A DNA stretch of 64,000 nucleotides from an uncultured Clostridia bacterium. Lineage in GTDB: Bacteria; Bacillota; Clostridia; Oscillospirales; CAG-272. A model generated the notes under the pieces. That model was given only the letters and a program-made list of their open reading frames with translations, was not told the origin of the DNA and ran no database searches. The number at the start of each line of letters is the position of its first letter. Within the stretch, counting starts at the first letter, position 1. Below, in pieces: positions 55,560 to 63,818 of the stretch. Both the position numbers and the translations under genes were made by a program. The DNA is taken from assembly GCA_947626065.1 (NCBI GenBank), contig CANQQT010000004.1, positions 22,774 through 86,773 on the forward strand, given 5' to 3'.

Positions 55560-55805
55560 AAAAAGCGCCCGAAAAAACGAGCGCCGCCGAAACCGGTCAC
55601 GGAAAAGCCGCGAAAAAGTCCGCGGGAACCATCAACATATAACGCTCCGCCTTTCGGCGACAGTTCGGCAGATCTTATCTGAGGAACCAAGAAGGAGACG
55701 CGGCCCTCCCTCTTTCGGCGTCCGACCCTTTCCCGAAGCCGCTGACCTTCCGCATAAGGCTGAACGCGGGAATCGGTACTCTTATCGCAACGCGCCTTTA
55801 TCATG
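55560..55805 (-). promoter_or_regulatory. Lysine (L-box) riboswitch with expression-platform terminator, leader of dapA-dapB-dapF-dapL-lysA
   Basis: The minus strand reads AAAGGCGCG...GAGTA...GCCGAAAGAGGG...TGCCGAACTGTCGCCGAAAGGCGGAGCG, matching the conserved L-box blocks. It is followed by hairpin GCGCTCG/CGGGCGC plus a T-run (about 55585-55560). Confidence 0.8.
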
Positions 55806-55814
55806 TTTGATTCC

Positions 55815-55843
55815 ATTCTATCACACATTGCCGCCCTTGTCAA
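55815..55843 (-). promoter_or_regulatory. Sigma-A type promoter (extended -10) of the L-box/dap operon
   Basis: On the minus strand: TTGACA (55843-55838), 17-nt spacer, TGaTAGAAT (-10 at 55820-55815). Confidence 0.7.
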
Positions 55844-56030
55844 GAAAAATAAGAAAAATGTTGAATTTTTTCTTTTTCAGCGGATACGGAGGGGAAAGTC
55901 TACGCGCGGCGGGAAGGGAAGGCGTCCCTTTTTATAGGAGTAGCAAAGGGGAAAAGGGAGAATATACTGGAGCGAGGGGAAGCGCGGGAAATCCGCTCCT
56001 CTCAGACTGTGAAAGAAAGGTGAAAAAGCA

Positions 56031-56438
56031 ATGGCAAGATACGAAAACGGAACGATTGTGACCGATGGATGCGGATGTGGAAGCGGTTACAATCCCTGCG
56101 AAAACTGCGCGGGGGGCCCCTACGGGGTAAACTACGGCGGATACGGAAGCGGCTGTGGCTGTCACGAAAGCGCCCCCACCGGCTGCGGATGCGGAAATAG
56201 CGGCGTAAGCCCTATCAATACACGGAACGGATTTGAAAATACCCCCGAAACCGACTGCGGGTGCGGAAATTCCGGAAGCAACTCGGCGGGAAACAACAGC
56301 GGGTGCGGCTGTGGCCAGAACGTGCTGAAATGCGCGGCCTGCGGCCTGACCGACACGATTTTCCGGATCGTGCGCGGGCTTGACCGGACGCTCTCCGGCT
56401 TCGGAAACGGTTGCGGCTGCGGATGCGGCAGAAGCTGA
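56031..56438 (+). CDS. Small Cys/Gly-rich protein with reiterated GCGCG (C-x-C) motifs; function unknown
   Basis: 135 aa with 17 Cys. Motifs are GCGCGSG, GCGCH, GCGCGNSG, DCGCGNSG, GCGCGQN and GCGCGCGRS, plus NPCENC and KCAAC. RBS is GAAAGGTG. No signal peptide. Confidence 0.65.
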   Translation: MARYENGTIVTDGCGCGSGYNPCENCAGGPYGVNYGGYGSGCGCHESAPTGCGCGNSGVSPINTRNGFENTPETDCGCGNSGSNSAGNNSGCGCGQNVLKCAACGLTDTIFRIVRGLDRTLSGFGNGCGCGCGRS

Positions 56439-56476
56439 AAAATCGGACGTGAAAGCGGGAAGATAAAAGCAGAAAT

Positions 56477-56504
56477 CCGGGAGGGAAAGCGATTTCCCTC
56501 CCGG
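56477..56504 (+). terminator. Strong 12-bp hairpin after the Cys-rich gene (no U-tract)
   Basis: CCGGGAGGGAAA (56477-56488) pairs with TTTCCCTCCCGG (56493-56504). Confidence 0.4.
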
Positions 56505-56633
56505 GGAATGCCGACAGCGGACGTGCGGGAAGCGGCGACGGCGGTACGGAGAACAAGACTTAAAAGAGCCGCCCGTCGGCGGGACAAGTCTATAATATTA
56601 TAAAAAGGAAGAAAGTTACTCCCGATTCCGACG

Positions 56634-56675
56634 GCGAAAAGAAAAGCCCGGCAGACTTTTTCAAGCCTGCCGGGC
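56634..56675 (-). terminator. Intrinsic terminator after tRNA-Val
   Basis: On the minus strand: GCCCGGCAG-loop-CTGCCGGGC followed by TTTTCTTTTCG. Confidence 0.8.
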
Positions 56676-56752
56676 TGGTGGGGACTACTGGAATCGAACC
56701 AGCGACCTTATGCATGTCAAGCATACACTCTAACCAGCTGAGCTAAACCCCC
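56676..56752 (-). tRNA. tRNA-Val (anticodon GAC), CCA encoded
   Basis: I folded the minus strand by hand. Acceptor GGGGGTT/AGTCCCC (two G-U pairs), D arm GCTC-AGCTGGTTA-GAGT, anticodon arm TATGC-TTGACAT-GCATA, variable loop AGGTC, T arm GCTGG-TTCGATT-CCAGT, then ACCA. 77 nt. Confidence 0.9.
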
Positions 56753-56763
56753 ATCGGAAAAGT

Positions 56764-56792
56764 ATTATACCACATCCGAAAGAAAAAATCAA
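56764..56792 (-). promoter_or_regulatory. Sigma-A type promoter (extended -10) of tRNA-Val
   Basis: On the minus strand: TTGATT (56792-56787), 17-nt spacer, TGgTATAAT (-10 at 56769-56764). The tRNA 5' end lies 12 nt downstream. Confidence 0.7.
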
Positions 56793-56989
56793 GTCTTTTT
56801 TGAATTTTCTTGATTTATTTTTTTGAAAATTTACTTTCGATTTCTGGTGTGTCTGTTTTTTCTCCTTGTCAAAAAAGTCGGCCTTGTTTGGCAAGTTGGA
56901 TTTCTCTATCAAAAATTATGGGCTGGACGTTTATGTCGCCTTCTTCCAAAGTCCAATCGAAATGTCGTGCTATGCGATATGCTCTTTTC

Positions 56990-57238
56990 TTAATACCACA
57001 TGACCAATCTTTCGGATGGAATCTCGTCTAAATCCTTCATTTCCAATAATGCAGTCACCGCATGAGAAACATGGTTTAAGCAGTCTTCATACCCTTCCGG
57101 CAATGTATATTCGACCGTTTCATAAGGGTCTTCAGATTGAAAATCAACAACCACATGGCCAAAATCCTTACTGTTTTCTGGAAGGATGTCGCATTCCATT
57201 AAATTACCTTTCCTTTTTATGTTTTTTAATCTTACCAT
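56990..57238 (-). CDS. Hypothetical 82-aa acidic protein in an AT-rich islet
   Basis: ATG at 57238 follows GGAGGTAAAGGTG. Sequence MVRLKNIKRKGNLMECDILPENSKDFGHVVVDFQSEDPYETVEYTLPEGYEDC...LVMWY. GC is much lower than in neighbouring sequence. Confidence 0.55.
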   Translation of the reverse strand: MVRLKNIKRKGNLMECDILPENSKDFGHVVVDFQSEDPYETVEYTLPEGYEDCLNHVSHAVTALLEMKDLDEIPSERLVMWY

Positions 57239-57434
57239 AAAACACCTTTACCTCCGGACGATAATCCTATTTTCGGATGTTCATATTTTGAAATTGCGCG
57301 TCCTTTTGCGGATATTTCTTCTCTGACCTTGATTTTACCACAGACTCCCCCTCGCTGTCAAGGGCTTCTTTTCGCCCCATGACTTCGCGCTTTGCGTTTC
57401 GGAGCCTGTTTTTTCGGATTTTTTCAAAAAACTC

Positions 57435-57463
57435 TTGACAGCGGGAAAAAAATGTGCTATAAT
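57435..57463 (+). promoter_or_regulatory. Sigma-A type promoter (extended -10) of infC-rpmI-rplT
   Basis: TTGACA (57435-57440), 17-nt spacer, TGcTATAAT (-10 at 57458-57463). Confidence 0.7.
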
Positions 57464-57469
57464 AACCCC

Positions 57470-57632
57470 ACAAAAAGAAGCAGAACGCTCCGTTCTCACC
57501 GTCAGGCCTGTTGCGTGCCGGTTCATCGAATTCCCGGAATCTGTCCGGCGTTTCTTTGCGGAGCCGTTTTGCGCGGTTCCGGTTTTTTATTTCCGGGATA
57601 GCGCCCGACCCTTATTACGGAGGTGTTTTACA
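57470..57632 (+). promoter_or_regulatory. infC leader with intrinsic terminator (L20-leader-type attenuator candidate)
   Basis: About 160-nt leader. Hairpin GGAGCCG (57560-57566) / CGGTTCC (57574-57580) is followed by GGTTTTTTATTT. The position matches the Firmicute L20 autoregulatory leader. Confidence 0.5.
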
Positions 57633-58226
57633 ATAGCTGCGAAGAACAATTCGAGGGATATGCTCATCAACGAAGCCATTTTCTCCCTCCACGGATTCGG
57701 ACATTCCAAGCAGGTCAGAGTCATTGGCCCGACGGGGGAACAGATGGGGCTTTTTGCGCTTTCGGTGGCGCAGAACATCGCCTATGACCGCGGACTGGAT
57801 CTTGTTCTCATCGCTCCGCAGGGGGAACCGCCGGTTTGCCGGATCATGGATTACGGGAAATACCGCTTCGAGCGCGACAAAAAAGAAAAAGAGGCCAGAA
57901 AAAAGCAGCAGACCGTCGAAATCAAGGAAATCCAGCTTTCCTATCAGATTGACGTCAACGACCTCAACACAAAAATCAATCACGCGCTTCGCTTCCTCGG
58001 AAACGGCGATAAGGTGAAAGTCATCGTCAAGTTCCGGGGCCGCCAGCTTACGCATACCGAAATCGGAGCCGAGCTTCTGAAAAAGTTTGAGCAGGCCTGC
58101 GCGGAAAAGGGTACGGTCGAGAAAAAGCCCGTCATGGAGGGCCGTACCATGATCATGTTCCTTGCTCCTATAAAGCAGACGGGAGCCAAGGAAAAGCCGA
58201 AGGCGAAGCCTGCGGATGAAGAATAA
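57633..58226 (+). CDS. infC: Translation initiation factor IF-3 (probable non-AUG ATA start)
   Basis: The IF-3 pattern starts at INEAI...VRVIGPTGEQMG and includes RIMDYGKYRFE. In-frame ATA at 57633 lies 9 nt after GGAGG (57619-57623), and IF-3 genes classically use AUU/AUA starts. The alternative ATG at 57660 has poor RBS spacing. Confidence 0.85.
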   Translation: MAAKNNSRDMLINEAIFSLHGFGHSKQVRVIGPTGEQMGLFALSVAQNIAYDRGLDLVLIAPQGEPPVCRIMDYGKYRFERDKKEKEARKKQQTVEIKEIQLSYQIDVNDLNTKINHALRFLGNGDKVKVIVKFRGRQLTHTEIGAELLKKFEQACAEKGTVEKKPVMEGRTMIMFLAPIKQTGAKEKPKAKPADEE

Positions 58227-58327
58227 CGGCTCACCGCCTGACGGATGAGCCCGGGACCCTCCGACGGTGACCGGAGCGGAAGACCAACACAACAAAATAC
58301 AGCAGTCACCGGGAAACGGAAACTGAA

Positions 58328-58525
58328 ATGGGTAAAATCAAATCGCATAAGGCCGCGTCAAAAAGATTTTCGCTCACCAAGAGCGGGAAGGTAAGACTGA
58401 ATCATACCAACCGTCGCCATAAGCTCGGCCTCAAAACCGCCAAACGGAAAAGACAGCTCAGAAAAACCGGTTATCTCAGCGAGAGCATGGCCGCCAACAT
58501 CCGGCCGCTTTTGCCGCGCGGTTAA
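58328..58525 (+). CDS. rpmI: 50S ribosomal protein L35
   Basis: MGKIKSHKAASKRF...; 65 aa; sits between infC and rplT. Confidence 0.95.
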   Translation: MGKIKSHKAASKRFSLTKSGKVRLNHTNRRHKLGLKTAKRKRQLRKTGYLSESMAANIRPLLPRG

Positions 58526-58558
58526 GTCCCTTTAACGGAATGACAGGAGGAAGATAAA

Positions 58559-58912
58559 ATGGCAAGAGTCAAAGGCGCGATGATGACGCGCAAAAGAAGA
58601 AATAAGGTTTTAAAGCTAGCGAAAGGCTACTGGGGCTCCAAGTCCAAGCACTTCAAGATGGCCAAACAGGCCGTGATGAAGAGCGGAAACTATGCTTTCG
58701 CGGGAAGAAAGCAGAAGAAGAGAGACTTCCGTTCCCTCTGGATCGCCCGTATTTCCGCGCAGGCCAAGGTCTGCGGGACGAATTATTCGCAGTTCATGCA
58801 CGGCCTGAAGCTGGCAGGTGTCAATCTGAACAGAAAAATGCTCTCTGAGCTCGCAGTCTCCGACAAAGAGGCCTTTGCCTCCCTTGTCGAGAAGGCCAAG
58901 GCCGCGCTCTGA
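58559..58912 (+). CDS. rplT: 50S ribosomal protein L20
   Basis: [29 protein letters not shown]...; 117 aa. Confidence 0.95.
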   Translation: MARVKGAMMTRKRRNKVLKLAKGYWGSKSKHFKMAKQAVMKSGNYAFAGRKQKKRDFRSLWIARISAQAKVCGTNYSQFMHGLKLAGVNLNRKMLSELAVSDKEAFASLVEKAKAAL

Positions 58913-58920
58913 TAGAATGA

Positions 58921-58948
58921 AAACCCGGTTTTGCCGGGTTTTTGTTTT
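58921..58948 (+). terminator. Intrinsic terminator after rplT
   Basis: AAACCCGG (58921-58928) pairs with CCGGGTTT (58934-58941), then TTTGTTTT. Confidence 0.8.
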
Positions 58949-58950
58949 CA

Positions 58951-59145
58951 GAAACGGCGGGCGGCGCGGCGCTTGCACGGTGCAAGCACGGTGCTTGCAC
59001 TTGTGGCCTCTTACTGGGTGCTTTTGCGGTGGCGACAGCCGTGCGGCGGAGTGGACGAAGGAAGCGCTGGTCGCCGATTATCGCCGGGGTTTTTCCCTTC
59101 CGCTTGCGCGATTTTGACGAAACGCGGCGGGCGGCGCGGCGCTTG
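58951..59145. repeat. Direct repeat GAAACG(C)GGCGGGCGGCGCGGCGCTTG, two copies ~168 nt apart
   Basis: Copies at 58951-58975 and 59119-59145. The first is followed by overlapping hairpins CTTGCAC/GTGCAAG and GTGCAAGC/GCTTGCAC (58971-59000). Confidence 0.8.
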
Positions 59146-59266
59146 TGCCGTGCGTCGGGCGGCAAAAGAATTTACAGAATATTTTCCGATAGAGGTAAGA
59201 AGTGTTCATATCCTCGCGGTATGATACCATATTAATACCCATTTCTTTTGTGAAGGAGACCCGGCC

Positions 59267-60109
59267 ATGGTGATCACAAGCCGAACCAATCCGACGGTGG
59301 TTCAGGTCGCGGCGCTGAAAGAGAAAAAATATCGGGAGGAGCAGGGGCTCTTCCTTTTGGAAGGAGTCAAGCTCTTCCGTGAGGCGATTTCGGCGGGCGT
59401 TGTGCTGGAGTCGGTTTTCGCCGTTCGGGAGCGTCTTCCGCTTTGCGAAGGGGTTCTCCCCGCCGAAAAGCTGACGGAGGTCTCGCCCGAGGTGATGGAC
59501 AAGCTCAGCACTGAGAGGTCGCCGGAGGGAATCGTCTGCGCGGCGCGCTATCTTCGGGAGCTCCATCGCTTTGACGCTGTGTACCGGGCGGCGGATTTTT
59601 CCGACGGGCGGCGGATTCTTCTCCTCTCCCAAATGCGGGATCCGGGGAATCTCGGCGCCGTCATCCGTTCGGCGGCGGCCTTCGGCACCGACGAGCTGAT
59701 TCTCTCCTCCGATTCCGCCGACCTTTACAATCCGAAAACCGTCCGCGCCGCCATGGGGACGCTTTTCCGGCAGAAAATCACCTACGTCTCCTCTCTCTCC
59801 GATACGGTTCGGGCGATGAGAGAGGCCGGCTATCGGGTCTGTTCCGCTCTTCTCGACAAAAACGCCGAGCGGCTGGACCGAATGAAAATCGACCGTAAAA
59901 CCGCCTTCGTGATCGGAAACGAGGGACACGGCGTCGACCCGGCTGTGACGGTGGCGGCGGGGAATACCGTGTTTATCCCGATGAGGGAAGGCGTGGAATC
60001 CCTCAATGCCTCGGCGGCGGCCGCCGTTTTTATGTGGCAGTCGGCGGTGGCGGTGGCGTCGGAGAAAAACAGCGGCGAGGCTTTAGATAAGAAAGGAGGC
60101 GCTCCCTGA
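59267..60109 (+). CDS. TrmH/SpoU-family RNA 2'-O-methyltransferase (YsgA/RlmB-like)
   Basis: SpoU motifs (DPGNLGAVIRSAAAFG, FVIGNEGHGV, IPMREGVESLNASAAAAVFM). Its position after rplT matches Bacillus ysgA. Confidence 0.85.
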   Translation: MVITSRTNPTVVQVAALKEKKYREEQGLFLLEGVKLFREAISAGVVLESVFAVRERLPLCEGVLPAEKLTEVSPEVMDKLSTERSPEGIVCAARYLRELHRFDAVYRAADFSDGRRILLLSQMRDPGNLGAVIRSAAAFGTDELILSSDSADLYNPKTVRAAMGTLFRQKITYVSSLSDTVRAMREAGYRVCSALLDKNAERLDRMKIDRKTAFVIGNEGHGVDPAVTVAAGNTVFIPMREGVESLNASAAAAVFMWQSAVAVASEKNSGEALDKKGGAP

Positions 60110-61521
60110 TGTCGGAGGAAAATGCGCTTTTCTGGATCTGGTTCAGCAGAATTTGTCTGACGGGATGTCGGCAGACCGATTTGATTCTTGATTTCTTCGG
60201 CAATTCGGCCAAGGATATTTACGAGGCCGACGAAGAGACTTATAAGGAAATCATCGGGATAGAGGTCAAACCCCTCGAAAGGCTTTGTAACAAGTCGCTT
60301 GACGAGGCGAAGGAAATTTATGCCTACTGTCAAAAAGAGGGCGTCGGCATTCTGACCCCCGCCTCTCCCCTATATCCCTCCCGTCTGGTGCGCCTTCCGA
60401 ATCGCCCGGTGCTTCTGTACTACCGGGGCCAGCTGAGGGAGCTTGACGAGGAGGCCTGCGTTGCGGTGGTCGGAACGCGGAGCATGACCGATTACGGGGC
60501 CCATACGGCCTACCGGTTCGGTTACGATCTTGCCAAGGCCGGCGCGGTCGTCGTCAGCGGCATGGCCAAGGGCGTCGACGGTATGGCCCATTGCGGGGCG
60601 ATTGAAGCCTGCGGCTATACCGTGGCGGTGTTGGGCTGCGGAATCGACCGGGCCTATCCCGCGGAGCACGCCGGGCTCATGAAAATGATTGAGAAAACCG
60701 GCCTCGTCCTCACCGAATACCGGCCCTTCACTCAGCCCTACGGCTACAATTTCCCGACGCGGAACCGCATCATCAGCGGCCTGAGTCTCGGAACCGTCGT
60801 TGTCGAGGCCTCCAGCTCCAGCGGAGCGCTGATTACCGCCGAGACGACGGTGCGGCAGGGAAGGGATTTGTACGCAGTCCCCGGAAAAGTAGGGGAACGG
60901 AACAGCTTCGGCCCCAACAGCCTTTTGCGGGCGGGCGCGAAGATAGTCACCGGCGCCGCCGACGTTTTGCGTGCATATCTTCCCTTTTATAAGAGTAAAA
61001 TAAATCTTGAGAATATCCCGACGAGCGGCGTCCCCTTTCCCAAGAACCTTCCGTCGTATTTGCAGGAAGGCATCGGAAGCCTTCGCAAAGCGGCGCCCCA
61101 AGGGGACGGGAGCGACGGGGAGGAGCTGAAGAGGCGGAAACCGGCTACCGAGGGCAAATCCGGGACGAGAAAAAGATCCGGGAAAGCCGGAGGCGCGGTC
61201 GGTTCGGAAGCTTTCACGGCGCCCGACGGGGAATCCTCCCGCACCGCCGTTTCCCCTCTGTCCGGAGAGGCGGATTCTTCCAAAAACGGCACAGGGACGG
61301 CGGAACCGATTCTTCCCGACCTGAGCGGTCTTTCCGAGGAGGAACGGACGGTTCTTTCCCTTTTCCCGCGCGGTACGGCGCTGACCGCCGATCGGGTGGC
61401 GGGTCTGTGCGGCAGGAGCATTCATGAGATTCTGCCGATTCTGACGGTTCTTGAAATTTCCGGCAAACTGGCGGCCCTTCCCGGTGGAAGGTATACGGCT
61501 GTTTTTCCGAACAAAGGTTAA
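60109..61521 (+). CDS. dprA: DNA-processing protein DprA (Smf), with a long low-complexity linker before the C-terminal winged helix
   Basis: Rossmann-like core (VVSGMAKGVDGMAHCGAIEA, FPTRNRIISGLSLGTVVVEASSSSGALITA). 470 aa. Confidence 0.9.
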   Translation: MSEENALFWIWFSRICLTGCRQTDLILDFFGNSAKDIYEADEETYKEIIGIEVKPLERLCNKSLDEAKEIYAYCQKEGVGILTPASPLYPSRLVRLPNRPVLLYYRGQLRELDEEACVAVVGTRSMTDYGAHTAYRFGYDLAKAGAVVVSGMAKGVDGMAHCGAIEACGYTVAVLGCGIDRAYPAEHAGLMKMIEKTGLVLTEYRPFTQPYGYNFPTRNRIISGLSLGTVVVEASSSSGALITAETTVRQGRDLYAVPGKVGERNSFGPNSLLRAGAKIVTGAADVLRAYLPFYKSKINLENIPTSGVPFPKNLPSYLQEGIGSLRKAAPQGDGSDGEELKRRKPATEGKSGTRKRSGKAGGAVGSEAFTAPDGESSRTAVSPLSGEADSSKNGTGTAEPILPDLSGLSEEERTVLSLFPRGTALTADRVAGLCGRSIHEILPILTVLEISGKLAALPGGRYTAVFPNKG

Positions 61522-61547
61522 GCAATAAGGAGAAATCGTAACGGTAA

Positions 61548-63818
61548 ATGTCAAATCTGGTAATCATAGAGTCGCCTTATAAGGCGCCCGCGATCAAAAA
61601 CTACCTCGGCTCCAATTACAAGGTCTTTGCCTCAATGGGGCATCTGCGCGACCTTCCCAAAAGCTCGCTCGGCGTCGACGTCGACCATGACTTCGAGGCC
61701 CACTATATCAACATTCGCGGGAAGGGCGATTTGATTAAGGAGCTGAAAAAAGAGGCGAAAAACGCCTCGAAAATCTATTTCGCCACCGACCCTGACCGGG
61801 AAGGAGAGGCGATTTCGTGGCATCTTGCCAATGTCCTCGGCATTCCGATGGAGCAGACCCGCCGGGTGACCTTCAACGAGATTACGAAAACCGCCGTCAA
61901 GAACGCGATCAAGGAGCCGCGCAACATCGACCTTGAGCTTGTGAATTCTCAGCAGGCAAGGCGTATTCTCGACCGTATCGTCGGGTATAAGCTCTCGCCG
62001 TTTCTTTGGAAAACCGTCCGTTCCGGCCTTTCGGCGGGACGGGTGCAGTCGGTCGCCACGCGGATTATCGTCGAGAGGGAGCGGGAAATTCAGGCCTTCG
62101 TTCCCAAAGAATACTGGACGGTCGACGCGAATCTGAGAACCGAAAAGGGCGGGAGACTGACCGCGCACTATTACGGGAGCGACGGGGAGAGAACGGCCCT
62201 TCCCGACCGCGAGAGCGCGGAGGCCGTCGTTCGGGCCGCCGGAGGGGACACCTTCCGCGTCCTTTCGGTGAAGAAATCGGTTCGTGTGCGCAATCCCGCG
62301 CCGCCCTTCACCACCTCCACCCTTCAACAGGAGGCCTCCCGCAAGCTCGGCTTCCAGTCGCAGAGAATCATGCGGGTGGCGCAGGAGCTCTACGAGGGCA
62401 TCAACCTCGGAACGGCAAACGGCGGGGTTCAGGGTCTTATCACCTATATGAGAACCGACTCCCTGCGCGTCTCGGCGGATGCCGTCGACGCGGCCAAGGA
62501 GTATATCTGCAAGAACTACGGGGACAAATATTACCCCGGCTCCGCGCGGGTCTATAAGGCGGGAGCCAACGCGCAGGACGCGCACGAGGCCATTCGTCCC
62601 GCCAGCCTCCGCTTTGAGCCGGACGCCATCAAAAAGTCGCTGACCCCCGACCAGTATAAGCTGTATAAGCTGATCTGGAGCCGGTTCATCGCCAGCCAGA
62701 TGGCCTCCGCGCAGATGGACACCGTCAACGTCGAGCTTTCCTCCGGCGGCTGTTCCTTCCGGGCGTCGGGCTCCGTGCTCCGCTTTCAGGGCTTCCTCGC
62801 CGTCTATGACGACGCGGAGGAGGAGGAAAAGGCGTCCGCGTCTACCAGATTGCCGGAGCTTGCCGAGGGGGATCGGCTGAGCTGCGAACAGCTCCTTCCG
62901 GAGCAGCATTTCACCGAGCCGCCCGCCCGCTACAGCGAGGCAACCCTCATCAAGTTTCTTGAGGAGAGGGGAATCGGCCGCCCCAGCACCTTTGCGACCA
63001 TCATTACCACCATTCTCTCCCGTGGCTACGTTGAACGGGACGGCAAGTCGCTGAAGCCGACGCCGCTCGGCGAGGTGACGACCGATATCATGATTCAGTA
63101 CTTTCCCGATATCGTGAACTATGAGTTCACGGCGCAGATGGAGACCAATCTGGACAACATCGCGAACGGGGAAAGCGACCTTGTCAGCGTCCTTTCGGAG
63201 TTTTACCGCGGCTTTGAGAAGAGTCTCAATGAGGCGGAGGAAAAAATGTCGGGTCAGGACGTTACCGTCCCGGTGGAGGAGACCGATATCCTCTGCGAAA
63301 AATGCGGTGCGAAAATGGTCGTGAAGCAGGGGCGCTTCGGAAAGTTCGCCGCCTGCCCCAATTACCCGACCTGCAAGAATACCAAGCCTCTCGGCAAGGA
63401 CGGAAAGCTCCTTGAAAAGGAAGAGAAGCAGCCCGAGAAGACCGGGGAGGTCTGCGAGCTCTGCGGAGGCGATATGCTGAAGCGGCACGGACGCTACGGA
63501 GATTTTATCGCCTGCGCCAATTACCCGAAGTGCCGCAATACCCGGCAGATTCTCCGCACCATCGGCGTCCCCTGCCCGAAATGCGGGGCGCAGGTAGTGG
63601 CGAAGAGCGGCCGCAACCGCAGCTTCTTCTATTCCTGCGAGCGCTATCCCGACTGCGACTTTTTGTCGTGGGACGCTCCGACGACGGAAAAATGTCCCAA
63701 GTGCGGAAACGTCCTCTATGCGAAGAAAGGGAAGAAGTTCCTCTTCTGTCGCGAGAAGGACTGCGGCTACAAAAGGAACCTCCCGGATGGAGACGATGAT
63801 AAAAACGGAGCCGATTAA
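61548..63818 (+). CDS. topA: DNA topoisomerase I (type IA) with C-terminal C4 zinc ribbons
   Basis: TOPRIM start ([18 protein letters not shown]), active-site region (ITYMRTDS) and CxxC zinc fingers ([38 protein letters not shown]). Confidence 0.95.
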   Translation: MSNLVIIESPYKAPAIKNYLGSNYKVFASMGHLRDLPKSSLGVDVDHDFEAHYINIRGKGDLIKELKKEAKNASKIYFATDPDREGEAISWHLANVLGIPMEQTRRVTFNEITKTAVKNAIKEPRNIDLELVNSQQARRILDRIVGYKLSPFLWKTVRSGLSAGRVQSVATRIIVEREREIQAFVPKEYWTVDANLRTEKGGRLTAHYYGSDGERTALPDRESAEAVVRAAGGDTFRVLSVKKSVRVRNPAPPFTTSTLQQEASRKLGFQSQRIMRVAQELYEGINLGTANGGVQGLITYMRTDSLRVSADAVDAAKEYICKNYGDKYYPGSARVYKAGANAQDAHEAIRPASLRFEPDAIKKSLTPDQYKLYKLIWSRFIASQMASAQMDTVNVELSSGGCSFRASGSVLRFQGFLAVYDDAEEEEKASASTRLPELAEGDRLSCEQLLPEQHFTEPPARYSEATLIKFLEERGIGRPSTFATIITTILSRGYVERDGKSLKPTPLGEVTTDIMIQYFPDIVNYEFTAQMETNLDNIANGESDLVSVLSEFYRGFEKSLNEAEEKMSGQDVTVPVEETDILCEKCGAKMVVKQGRFGKFAACPNYPTCKNTKPLGKDGKLLEKEEKQPEKTGEVCELCGGDMLKRHGRYGDFIACANYPKCRNTRQILRTIGVPCPKCGAQVVAKSGRNRSFFYSCERYPDCDFLSWDAPTTEKCPKCGNVLYAKKGKKFLFCREKDCGYKRNLPDGDDDKNGAD

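Noticed and set aside
55547-55843. 98-aa minus-strand ORF upstream of dapA.
   Set aside because: It lies entirely within the L-box riboswitch and its promoter, and the RNA motifs explain the sequence.
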